A DNA stretch of 64,000 bases from an uncultured Acidobacteriota bacterium. GTDB lineage: Bacteria > Acidobacteriota > Vicinamibacteria > Vicinamibacterales > CAVVIG01. Under the pieces are notes generated by a model. It ran no database searches. It was not told where the DNA came from and saw only the letters and a program-made list of their open reading frames with translations. The position numbers and the translations under genes were made by a program. Below, piece by piece: positions 46,433 to 56,536 of the stretch. Every line of letters starts with the position of its first letter. The stretch's first letter is position 1. The stretch spans positions 2,657,336 through 2,721,335 of the forward strand of contig CAVXGU010000003.1 of assembly GCA_963761615.1 (NCBI GenBank), read 5' to 3'.

Positions 46433-46933
46433 CTACCCGTCCGTCAGGCGCTCGAAGATGGGCTTCAGGCGGCTGGCGGTCGCGTCGAGCTGCTCGGGCA
46501 GCACGCGGACGTTGCCCACGACGGTCATGAAGTTCGTGTCGCCGTTCCAGCGCGGCACGAGGTGAACGTGCAGGTGGTCGAGAATGCCGGCGCCGGCGGG
46601 ACGCCCGAGGTTCATCCCCACGTTGATGCCGTGCGGCTGGTACGCCTCGGTGAGCGCCATCTCCGCCAGGCGCGCGAGCCGCATCAGCTCGGTCTGCTCG
46701 TCGGCCGTGAGGGCCTGGAGCGTGGCCACGTGCCGGTTGGGCACGACCATGAGGTGGCCGTTGTTGTAGGGATATCGGTTGAGGATGATGTAGGCGACGC
46801 GCCCGCGCTGCACGACGAGCGCATCGTCGGGCGACGGGGCCGCGTCCGCCGCGGCGCAGAAGATACAGCGTTCGGAGGCCTGCCCGGTTCCCGTCACGTA
46901 CGCCAGCCTCCAGGGAGACCATAACCGCTCCAT
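46433..46933 (-). CDS. HIT-family nucleotide hydrolase/transferase (Ap4A phosphorylase-like)
   Basis: It has NRYPYNNGHLMVVP and DHLHVHLVPRWNGD (histidine triad). Confidence 0.85.
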   Translation of the reverse strand: MERLWSPWRLAYVTGTGQASERCIFCAAADAAPSPDDALVVQRGRVAYIILNRYPYNNGHLMVVPNRHVATLQALTADEQTELMRLARLAEMALTEAYQPHGINVGMNLGRPAGAGILDHLHVHLVPRWNGDTNFMTVVGNVRVLPEQLDATASRLKPIFERLTDG

Positions 46934-46963
46934 GCCGCGCGTCCGGGCTTCGGGACGCGCCGG

Positions 46964-47308
46964 CTACAGGGCGACCGCGTCGGGCGGCGCGGTCTCCCCT
47001 GCGGCGTCGGAGCCGGGGTCGCGGTTGATCAGCTCCTTCAACTCCTTCCCCGGCTTGAAATACGGCACCTTCTTGGGCGGCACGTCCACCTTGTCACCGG
47101 TCTTGGGATTGCGCCCTTTCCGGGGCTCGCGCTTCCGGAGGCGGAAGCTGCCGAACCCGCGGAGCTCGATCTTCTCGCCCCGGTGCAGGGCGTCGATGAT
47201 GCTGCGGAACACCGTGTCGACGATGACTTCCGAGTGCTTCTTGGTGAGGTCCGACACCCGCGAGACTTCCTCGACCAGCTCCGCCTTGGTCATGCTGCCG
47301 CCAGTCAT
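46964..47308 (-). CDS. ihfB: integration host factor / HU-family DNA-binding protein
   Basis: It has MTKAELVEEV, IELRGFGSFRLRKREPRKGRNPKTGDKVDVPPKKVPYFKPGKELK. It lies downstream of rpsA, as in the enterobacterial cmk-rpsA-ihfB arrangement. The ATG at 47308 has a GGGAG SD. Confidence 0.85.
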   Translation of the reverse strand: MTGGSMTKAELVEEVSRVSDLTKKHSEVIVDTVFRSIIDALHRGEKIELRGFGSFRLRKREPRKGRNPKTGDKVDVPPKKVPYFKPGKELKELINRDPGSDAAGETAPPDAVAL

Positions 47309-47331
47309 GTGCACTCCCGTGGCCTGCCTCC

Positions 47332-49095
<1,764 letters not shown>

Positions 49096-49276
49096 GCCGT
49101 ACGCGTCCTCCTCTGTCGTCCGCCGATCGACTCGAGGCGCCCTCGAGCGGTCTCGCCGGACTGATCGATTGCCGGTATTGGGTGCGGAAGCCGGCGCCCC
49201 GCCTGTTCAGCGCCGAAGCCCTGCCCGGGCCGGGCGGCCCGTAGGCAGGTGTTCGCTGAATTCCGATAAGCAATAG

Positions 49277-49306
49277 AGAGTACGACACTTATCGTCAAAC
49301 TGTCAA
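49277..49306 (-). promoter_or_regulatory. putative rpsA promoter
   Basis: The reverse strand reads TTGACA (49306..49301), an 18-nt spacer, then TACTCT (49282..49277). An overlapping alternative is TTGACG-17-TATTGC. It lies about 180 nt upstream of the rpsA ATG. Confidence 0.5.
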
Positions 49307-49325
49307 GGCTGGAAAGGACGCCGAC

Positions 49326-49955
49326 ATGGCCAAGCGTAAGGCGCCGCGCCGCGCGAAATCTCTGCGATCGAAGCTACAGGCGAAGCGGCGCTCGGTCAAA
49401 CGCCAGATCCGGAAACGCAAGCCCGCCCGCGCGGCCAAACGCCCCACCCGCCGCCCGGCGGCGGCCATCACGCGCGCCCGGAAGGCGGCACCGGCCGCCA
49501 AGGCGGGCGCCAAGGCGGCCCGCCCGGCCCCGCGCGCGAAGAAGTGCGCGGCCCGCCCGAGCCGGACGAAGCGTCCGCGCCTCGACCGCGAGCGGCGCGT
49601 GCTGAACGAGCCGTCGCCACCTTCGTCGCTCGACATGAACCGCCACGGGTCGGCTGCCAGCACCGGACGCCACGAGCTGCAGCAGAGCCTGCTCGAGCAC
49701 CCCGGGATGACGCCGGCGCTCACCGGCGGCGATGTCGACGCCGACTGGGAAAACGCCTACTTCAGCGGCGACGAAGCGCCAGGCGGCGACAACCCGACTC
49801 CGGATCAGGACCGCGTGGACGACATCGGCCGGTCCATCGGTCTGCAGTACGACGACAACGAGGAGCTCAAGGGAGACGAGAAGGTCGTCGAACGCGACAA
49901 GCACCGCTGGGAGCTGGACCCGGCCTCGTCGGAGGACTACCGGGACAGGAAGTGA
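49326..49955 (+). CDS. hypothetical protein with histone-H1-like Lys/Arg/Ala/Pro N-terminus and acidic conserved C-terminal domain
   Basis: It starts MAKRKAPRRAKSLRSKLQAKRRSVKRQIRKRKPARAAKRPTRRPAAA... and continues LTGGDVDADWENAYFSGDEAPGGDNPTPDQDRVDDIGRSIGLQYDDNEEL...RWELDPASSEDYRDR. Confidence 0.65.
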   Translation: MAKRKAPRRAKSLRSKLQAKRRSVKRQIRKRKPARAAKRPTRRPAAAITRARKAAPAAKAGAKAARPAPRAKKCAARPSRTKRPRLDRERRVLNEPSPPSSLDMNRHGSAASTGRHELQQSLLEHPGMTPALTGGDVDADWENAYFSGDEAPGGDNPTPDQDRVDDIGRSIGLQYDDNEELKGDEKVVERDKHRWELDPASSEDYRDRK

Positions 49956-49982
49956 GTGCCGGGCGCCGGCGTGGGAGCACGC

Positions 49983-50636
49983 TCAGAGCTTCTGCTTCAC
50001 GATCTCCATCACCTCGTCCACGACCTGATCCACCGACTTCCCCGTGGTGTCGATGACCGTGGCGTCGGGGGCGGCGTAGAGGGGTGACACGGCGCGCGTG
50101 CGGTCGGCCTCGTCCCGGGCGGTGAGCGCCGTCGCGACGGCCTCGACGGCGGTCGGTCCCGAGTGGGCCGGGTCCGCGGCGCGCCGACGCGCCCGCTCCT
50201 CCGGCGACGCGTCGAGATACAGCTTGACGTCGGCGTTCGGGAAGACCACGGTCCCGATGTCGCGGCCCTCCATGACGATTCCACCGCCCGCGCCGATGCG
50301 CTGCTGGCGGTCGACGAGCAGCGCCCGCACCTTGCCCAGCCGCGCCACCGCGGCGGCGGCTCTGTCGATCTCGGGCGTCCGGATGGCGCGGGTGACGTCC
50401 GTCCCGTCGATCACCGCGGCGCCGGCCGAGACGTCGATGCGCGCGCGGGCGGCCAGCTGAGCGATCGCGGCTTCGTCGGCCAGGTCGATGCCGCGCTGGA
50501 GCACCTGCCACGCCACCGCGCGGTACATCGCGCCGCTGTCCACGTGCCGGTACCCCAGGGCGCTCGCGACGGCGCGGGCGACCGTGCCCTTCCCCGCACC
50601 GGACGGACCGTCGATGGCAATCACGAGAGGCTTCAT
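49983..50636 (-). CDS. cmk: (d)CMP kinase
   Basis: The ATG at 50636 starts MKPLVIAIDGPSGAGKGTVARAVA. It has HVDSGAMYRA. Confidence 0.92.
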   Translation of the reverse strand: MKPLVIAIDGPSGAGKGTVARAVASALGYRHVDSGAMYRAVAWQVLQRGIDLADEAAIAQLAARARIDVSAGAAVIDGTDVTRAIRTPEIDRAAAAVARLGKVRALLVDRQQRIGAGGGIVMEGRDIGTVVFPNADVKLYLDASPEERARRRAADPAHSGPTAVEAVATALTARDEADRTRAVSPLYAAPDATVIDTTGKSVDQVVDEVMEIVKQKL

Positions 50637-50681
50637 GTCGGGCCGGGAGTGTAGCACGCGATTTCGGCTACGCTGTCGGGG

Positions 50682-51467
50682 ATGGAACGACTGCAGAAGA
50701 TCCTGTCGCAGGCCGGCGTCGCCTCACGCCGCGCCTCGGAGCAGCTGATGCTCGACGGCCGCGTCGCCGTGAACGGCATCGTCGTCCGCGAGCTGGGGAC
50801 GAAGGCCGATCCGGGCGCGGACGACATCCGCGTGGACGGCCGCCGCGTGCGCGTGGCCGCGGTGCACCGGTACCTGCTCCTGAACAAGCCGCGCGGCTAC
50901 GTCACGACGCGGTCCGATCCCGAGCGCCGCCCGACGGTCATCGACCTGCTGAAGGGCGTCCGCGAGTACGTGTATCCGGTCGGCCGGCTCGACTACGACT
51001 CCGAAGGCCTGCTGCTGCTCACCAACGACGGCGACCTCGCGGCGCGGCTGACGCATCCGCGGCATGGCGTGCCGCGCATCTACGAAGCCGACGTCCTCGG
51101 CGTGCCCGACGCCCACGACGTCGACCGTCTGCGCCGCGGTCTGGTGGTCGACGGCCGGCGCACGGCACCGGCCCAGGTCAGCGTCAAGCCGAGGAGCGCC
51201 CGCAGCGGGGGCGCCACGCTGGTCATCAGCGTGCGCGAAGGGCGGAACCGCCAGGTGCGGAAGATGTGCGAGTCCATCGGCCATCCGGTCGATCGCCTGC
51301 GGCGGGTCGCGATTGGACCCATCCGCGACGACCGCCTCAAGCCGGGACAGTGGCGGGACTTGACGGCGGATGAAGTGAAACGACTCGGCCGGTCCCGGGA
51401 AACCACGGAGGAGACGAAGAGCGCCAGGAAGCCGCGGCCCCCGGCCCGGCGCTCCGGATCTGCGTGA
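50682..51467 (+). CDS. rluB: pseudouridine synthase, RsuA/RluB family (S4 domain plus catalytic domain)
   Basis: It has MERLQKILSQAGVASRRASEQLMLDGRVAVNG (S4) and YPVGRLDYDSEGLLLLTNDGDLA (catalytic Asp). Confidence 0.9.
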   Translation: MERLQKILSQAGVASRRASEQLMLDGRVAVNGIVVRELGTKADPGADDIRVDGRRVRVAAVHRYLLLNKPRGYVTTRSDPERRPTVIDLLKGVREYVYPVGRLDYDSEGLLLLTNDGDLAARLTHPRHGVPRIYEADVLGVPDAHDVDRLRRGLVVDGRRTAPAQVSVKPRSARSGGATLVISVREGRNRQVRKMCESIGHPVDRLRRVAIGPIRDDRLKPGQWRDLTADEVKRLGRSRETTEETKSARKPRPPARRSGSA

Positions 51468-51503
51468 TCCGTCGCGGCCGGCGTGCGATCGTGACGTCGC
51501 CCG

Positions 51504-52169
51504 TCAGTGGATCGACTGCGGCGGGTCCTCGTCCTCGAATTCCTCGTCGTCTTCCTCGTCGGGCTCGACGAGCGGCAGCTGGTCTTCGCTGGGCGTGCGC
51601 TCGACCAGGATGGGCGCGTCGAGGCCCAGGGCCTCGGCCATGTCCTCCACCTTCGGAAGGTCGCCCAGGTCGTTCAGCCCGAAGCGGATGAGAAACTCGC
51701 GGGTGGTCCCGTACAGGAACGGCCGGCCGACGACGGCCTTGCGGCCGACGATCTTGACCAGGTGGCGCTCGAGCAGCGTGTTCAGCACGCCCGAGGTGTT
51801 GACCCCTCTGATCTCGCCGACTTCCAGGGCGGTGATCGGCTGCTTGTAGGCGATGACGGCGAGCGTCTCGAGGGCCTGGACGGTGAGCTTCTGGGTGCTC
51901 CGCTCGTGGAACAGCCGGCGCACCCATTCGTGCAGGTCGGGGCGGGTCATGATCTGATAGCCGCCGGCCACGTCGACCAGCTGCAGCCCGCCGGGCCGTT
52001 CGTAGTCGCGCTTCAGCTCGGCGAGCGCCTCCTCGATCGCGTCCTTCGGCTCGTCCTCGACGAGCTTGCAGATCGCCTTCAGCGTCAGCGGCTCGGGCGA
52101 GGCGAAGATCAGGGCCTCGAGAATCGCCTTCAGGGACGTGTCAGCCACGATGGGTCTCCGGATCGCCAA
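51504..52169 (-). CDS. scpB: segregation and condensation protein B
   Basis: It has LEALIFASPEPLTLKAI, IAYKQPITALEVGEIRGV and an acidic tail. Confidence 0.88.
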   Translation of the reverse strand: MAIRRPIVADTSLKAILEALIFASPEPLTLKAICKLVEDEPKDAIEEALAELKRDYERPGGLQLVDVAGGYQIMTRPDLHEWVRRLFHERSTQKLTVQALETLAVIAYKQPITALEVGEIRGVNTSGVLNTLLERHLVKIVGRKAVVGRPFLYGTTREFLIRFGLNDLGDLPKVEDMAEALGLDAPILVERTPSEDQLPLVEPDEEDDEEFEDEDPPQSIH

Positions 52170-52950
52170 TGGGATGCGGCGCGTCGGACGGGCGGGGCCG
52201 CTTGTAGACGCGGATCGGCCCGAACGGACTCGACTGGTACACGCGCACCAGCTTGAGACGGATCATCTCGAGCAGCGCCAGGAAGGTCACGACGAGCGCG
52301 CCGCGGTCGGCGGCGTCCTCGAACAGGTCCTCGAATCCGCAGGCCTCGCTCTCCGAGAGCCGCACGAGGAGCTGCTCGATCCGCGCCTCGACCGACATCT
52401 GCTCGGGCGGCAGCAGCACGCGCGGCCGCTGCTTCGCGCGCTCGACGACGGCCTGGAACGCCGACAGGAGGCTGAAGAGATCGACCTCGAGCTCGGGTTC
52501 GTACTCCTCGCCGGCGATCTCGGCCACCCGCTCGTCCGGGCGCAGCCACTGCGCCGACCGAAGCTGCTCGCGCTCGTGCAGCAGACCCGCCGCCGCCTTG
52601 TACTTCTGATGCTCGAGGAGGCGCCGGACGAGGGCGTCGCGCGGATCCTCCGACTCCTCCCCCTCGGTTCCCGCAGCCGTCTCCGGCCGCGGCAGGAGCA
52701 TCTTCGACTTGATGTGAATCAGCGTCGCCGCCATCACCAGGTACTCCCCCGCCACGTCGAGGTTCAGCTCCTGCATCAGCTGCAGCGCATCCAGGTACTG
52801 CCGGGTGATGAGCGCGATGGGGATGTCGTGGACGCTCACCTCGTTCCTGCGGATGAGGTGCAGCAGCAGGTCGAGCGGCCCCTCGAAGTTCTCGAGCTTG
52901 ACCGGGAAGGCGTCGACCGCCGATTCGAAGTCCGGCACGCGGTCGGCCAT
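52141..52950 (-). CDS. scpA: segregation and condensation protein A
   Basis: It has FEGPLDLLLHLIRRNEV.VHDIPIA.IT.QYL and ...VTFLALLEMIRLK. Confidence 0.88.
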   Translation of the reverse strand: MADRVPDFESAVDAFPVKLENFEGPLDLLLHLIRRNEVSVHDIPIALITRQYLDALQLMQELNLDVAGEYLVMAATLIHIKSKMLLPRPETAAGTEGEESEDPRDALVRRLLEHQKYKAAAGLLHEREQLRSAQWLRPDERVAEIAGEEYEPELEVDLFSLLSAFQAVVERAKQRPRVLLPPEQMSVEARIEQLLVRLSESEACGFEDLFEDAADRGALVVTFLALLEMIRLKLVRVYQSSPFGPIRVYKRPRPSDAPHPIGDPETHRG

Positions 52951-53954
52951 CAGTAGGCGATCTTCATCGCGCCGCGGACGCGCGCCATGGTCTCCCGGGC
53001 CACCGCGCGCGCCCGGCGCGAGCCCTCCACGAGCACCTCGCGCAGGTAGCCCGGCCGGGCGAGCGCGGCGGCCCGGCGTTCGCGGATCGGATCCAGGTGG
53101 GCGTTGAGCGCCCTGGCCAGCTTCGTCTTCACCTCGACGTCGCCGACCTTGCCGGCGCGGTAGCGCGTCTTGAGATCCTCGACCTCCGCCGTGTCGGGAT
53201 TGAACGCGTCGTGATAGGTGAAGACCGGGTTGCCCTCGACGGTGCCGGGGATGTCGGCGCGGACCCGCTTCGGGTCCGTGTACATCCGCATGACCTTCTT
53301 CTTGACCTCGTCGGCCGAATCGGAGAGGTGAATCGTGTTGCCGAGGCTCTTGCTCATCTTCTTGTCGCCGTCCAGGCCCGGCAGCCGGGCGAACGTCGTG
53401 AGCAGCGGCCGCGGCTCGGTGAGGACGTCGCCATAGAAGTTGTTGAACCGCCTGACGACTTCGCGCGCGAGCTCGAGGTGCGCCACCTGATCCTCGCCGA
53501 CCGGCACGAAGGTCGCGTCGTAGATCGCGACGTCGGCGGTCTGGAGGAGCGGGTAGCCGAGGAAGCCGATCGACGACAGGTCCCGGTCCGACAGGTTCTC
53601 CTGCTGCTCCTTGTAGGTGGGCACGCGCTCGAGCCAGGGCACGGGCACGACCATCGAGAGCAGCAGGTACAGCTCGGCGTGCTCGGGCACGAGCGACTGG
53701 ACGAAGAACGTGGAGCGCTCGGGATCGAGACCGGCGCCGATCCAGTCGGCGACGTTCTCGTAGGCGTAGCCGACGAGCGGCGCCGTGTTGGCGTAGTCGC
53801 TCGTCAGCGCGTGCCAGTCGGCCACGAAGTAGAAGCAGTCGTACTGCGCCTGGAGCGGCACCCAGTTGTTCAGGGCGCCGATCAGGTGGCCGAGGTGGAG
53901 CTGTCCGGTCGGCCGCATGCCGGACACGACGCGCGCCTTCGTCACTGGAGCCAA
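52950..53954 (-). CDS. trpS: tryptophan--tRNA ligase
   Basis: It has SGMRPTGQLHLGHLIG (HIGH) and KMSKSLGN (KMSKS). Confidence 0.95.
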   Translation of the reverse strand: MAPVTKARVVSGMRPTGQLHLGHLIGALNNWVPLQAQYDCFYFVADWHALTSDYANTAPLVGYAYENVADWIGAGLDPERSTFFVQSLVPEHAELYLLLSMVVPVPWLERVPTYKEQQENLSDRDLSSIGFLGYPLLQTADVAIYDATFVPVGEDQVAHLELAREVVRRFNNFYGDVLTEPRPLLTTFARLPGLDGDKKMSKSLGNTIHLSDSADEVKKKVMRMYTDPKRVRADIPGTVEGNPVFTYHDAFNPDTAEVEDLKTRYRAGKVGDVEVKTKLARALNAHLDPIRERRAAALARPGYLREVLVEGSRRARAVARETMARVRGAMKIAY

Positions 53955-54583
53955 GCGAGCAGGTGGTAGTACGGCGGGGCCATCACGTACTCGAGGCCGC
54001 CGGTCAGCATGAGGGCATAGAGCAGCATGAAGCCGTAGGGACGGAGCTTGTCGAACCGCTGCGCCGCCATGACCGGCAGCAGCCCGCCGACGACGTTGCC
54101 GCCGTCGAGCGGCGGAATGGGAATCATGTTGAACACGGCCAGCAGGACGTTGATCTGCAGGGCGCCGCTCAGCAGCGTCATGAGGGGCACCGAGACGTTG
54201 GGTTCGCCCAGCCGGACCGGCGACACCGGCAGCAGGTGCATCAACAGCGCCGCCACGACGGCCAGGATCAGGTTGCTCACGGGCCCCGCCGCCGCGACGA
54301 GCACGTAGTCGCGCCGATGGTGGCGGAGCCGCGACACCGTGACGGGGACGGGTTTCGCCCAGCCGATGAGAGGGAAGCCGCTGAACATCGCCACCAGCGG
54401 AAAGATCACGGTACCCACGAGGTCGGCGTGCACGATCGGATTGAGCGACACGCGGCCGAGCTGCCTCGCCGTGGGATCGCCGAGACGATCGGCCGCGAAC
54501 GCGTGGGCCGACTCGTGGACGGTGAGCGAGAACAGCAGCACGACGAAGGAGATGAAGATCGTCGCGAAGTTGATGTCGGACAA
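53942..54583 (-). CDS. site-2 protease family (peptidase M50) membrane protein
   Basis: It has HESAHAFAA (HExxH in a TM helix), is polytopic, and has NMIPIPPLDGG. Confidence 0.85.
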   Translation of the reverse strand: MSDINFATIFISFVVLLFSLTVHESAHAFAADRLGDPTARQLGRVSLNPIVHADLVGTVIFPLVAMFSGFPLIGWAKPVPVTVSRLRHHRRDYVLVAAAGPVSNLILAVVAALLMHLLPVSPVRLGEPNVSVPLMTLLSGALQINVLLAVFNMIPIPPLDGGNVVGGLLPVMAAQRFDKLRPYGFMLLYALMLTGGLEYVMAPPYYHLLAWLQ

Positions 54584-54595
54584 GGAGTAATCAGG

Positions 54596-56518
54596 TTAAG
54601 GCCGGCCCGCGAAAAACGCAAGGACCCGATCCGCGACTCTCGCGCCGACCGCCGCCGACAACTCCTCGCGCGTCGCACGACGCACGCCCGCGAGGCTCCC
54701 GAAGCGCGTCAGCAGCGTGCGGCGCCGGCGGGGTCCGACGCCGGGGATCCCGTCGAGCGCCGACTGCAGATCGCGCATCGTCCGCGCGCGGCGATGAAAG
54801 GTGACGGCGAAGCGGTGGGCCTCGTCACGGATGCGCTGGAGCAGCAGCAGCGCCGGATGATTCGTCGCGAGCGCGATCGGATCCCGGCGATCGCGCGTGC
54901 AGACGAGCTCTTCCTTCTTGGCGAGGCCGATCGCGACCAGGTTCGCCAGGCCCAGCGACTCCAGCGCGCCGTACGCCGCCGCGAGCTGCCCGGCGCCTCC
55001 GTCGATGAGGATCAAGTCGGGAAACGGACCGCCGGCCTCGAGCAGCCGGCGATAGCGCCGCTGGACGACTTCGCGCATGGCGGCGAAGTCGTCATTCAAT
55101 GGCGCGGCGGCCCTCTCCCCGGCGCGACCTGACGCCGACGCCTCGCCTCGGACCTCCCCGTCCCCGCCTCGGTGTGGCCGCGGGCGCGACTGGCCACCGT
55201 CCGGCGCCGCCCCTGCCCGGCCCTTGATCCGGAACTTGCGGTAGTCGGAACGGCGCATCCGCCCGTCCTCGGCCACCACCATCGACGCGACGGTCTCGCG
55301 CCCCTGGATCGTGGAGATGTCGAAGCACTCGATCCGCCGCGGCAGGTGCGGCAGCGCGAGCACGGCCTGCAACGCCTCGAGCGCGTCGTACTGCGAGGCG
55401 GTCGCGTGGTTCACGCGCGCGTCGTAGGCGAGGGCCGCGTTCCGCGCGGCCAGCTCCACCAGCCCCCGCTTCCCGCCGCGCCTGGGCGCCACGATCCGCA
55501 CGCGGCGGCCCGCCCGCGCCGACAGCCATGCCTCGAGCGCCTCGGGTTCCGGCGGCAGGACCGGCACGTGGACTTCGGGCGGCACGTCCCGGATCTCGTA
55601 GAACTGCTGCAGCGCGGCCTCGACCACGTCGGCCTCGGTCGCGCCGGCAATCGGCTCGTCGGTCCCGAGCTCGACGCGCTCGACGACGCGCCCGCGGCGG
55701 ACCTCGAAGGCCTGCACGACGGCGCCGGCCGCCCCGAGCTTGACGCCGAACACGTCGCGATGCCCCAGCTCGACGCCCGCCATCTTCTGCTGGCGCTCGT
55801 CGAGCGTCTGCACGGTGCGGATGGCGTCGCGCAGGTGCGCCGCCTCCTCGTAGCGCTCGGCGTCGGCGGCGGCGCCCATCCGCTCGCGGAGCGAGCCCAC
55901 GAGCTCGTCGTTCTTGCCCTCGAGAAAGAGCTGGGTCAGGGCGACCGCGCGGCCGTACTCGTCCCTCGTGCAGATCGACTCGACGCAGGGCGCGATGCAG
56001 CGCTTGATGTCGTATTCGAGGCACGGCCGGCCCCGCTGCCCCGTGATGACCTCGTTGCAGGACCGGATCCCGAACAGCCGGTGCGTCAGCGCCATGGTGC
56101 GGCGGGCGAAGGTCGCCGGCAGGAACGGCCCGGCGTAGAAGCTGTCGTCGCGCTCGACGCGCCGCGCCACGAGCACTCGCGGAAACGCCTCCCCCGTCGT
56201 CAGCTGCAGGTACGGGTAGTTCTTGTCGTCGCGGAGGAGGATGTTGTACTTGGGCGACCGCTGCTTGATCAGGTTGTTCTCGAGCGCCAGCGCCTCCACG
56301 ACCGAGTCGGTGACGATCACCTCGAGGCGCGCCACCTCGTCCAGCAGCGCGTCGGTCTTCGGCGAGGATCCGTACGCGCCCAGGTAGGTGCGCACGCGGT
56401 CGCGCAGGGCGCGCGCCTTGCCCACGTAGATCGTCTCGCCCGCCGCGTTCAGGTACAGGTACACCCCGGGCTGCTCCGGCAGCCGCGCGATCTGCGCCTT
56501 GAGTTCATGGATGGGCAT
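54596..56518 (-). CDS. uvrC: excinuclease ABC subunit C, carrying an extra low-complexity insert
   Basis: It has a GIY-YIG N-terminus (GVYLYLNAAGETIYVGKA), a UVR domain, an endonuclease V-like domain and (HhH)2. It also has an extra segment, RAGAAPDGGQSRPRPHRGGDGEVRGEASASGRAGERAAAPL, before NDDFAAMREVV. Confidence 0.93.
   Translation of the reverse strand: MPIHELKAQIARLPEQPGVYLYLNAAGETIYVGKARALRDRVRTYLGAYGSSPKTDALLDEVARLEVIVTDSVVEALALENNLIKQRSPKYNILLRDDKNYPYLQLTTGEAFPRVLVARRVERDDSFYAGPFLPATFARRTMALTHRLFGIRSCNEVITGQRGRPCLEYDIKRCIAPCVESICTRDEYGRAVALTQLFLEGKNDELVGSLRERMGAAADAERYEEAAHLRDAIRTVQTLDERQQKMAGVELGHRDVFGVKLGAAGAVVQAFEVRRGRVVERVELGTDEPIAGATEADVVEAALQQFYEIRDVPPEVHVPVLPPEPEALEAWLSARAGRRVRIVAPRRGGKRGLVELAARNAALAYDARVNHATASQYDALEALQAVLALPHLPRRIECFDISTIQGRETVASMVVAEDGRMRRSDYRKFRIKGRAGAAPDGGQSRPRPHRGGDGEVRGEASASGRAGERAAAPLNDDFAAMREVVQRRYRRLLEAGGPFPDLILIDGGAGQLAAAYGALESLGLANLVAIGLAKKEELVCTRDRRDPIALATNHPALLLLQRIRDEAHRFAVTFHRRARTMRDLQSALDGIPGVGPRRRRTLLTRFGSLAGVRRATREELSAAVGARVADRVLAFFAGRP
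55101..55200. repeat. copy of the ribH-upstream GC-rich repeat embedded in frame in uvrC
   Basis: 55129..55181 matches 206..258 at 45/53 positions without gaps (ctgacgccgaYgcctcgcctcggaYctcc...ctcgg..tggccgc). The flanks are more weakly similar. Confidence 0.75.
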
Positions 56519-56536
56519 ACGCTACTATGGCGCGGC

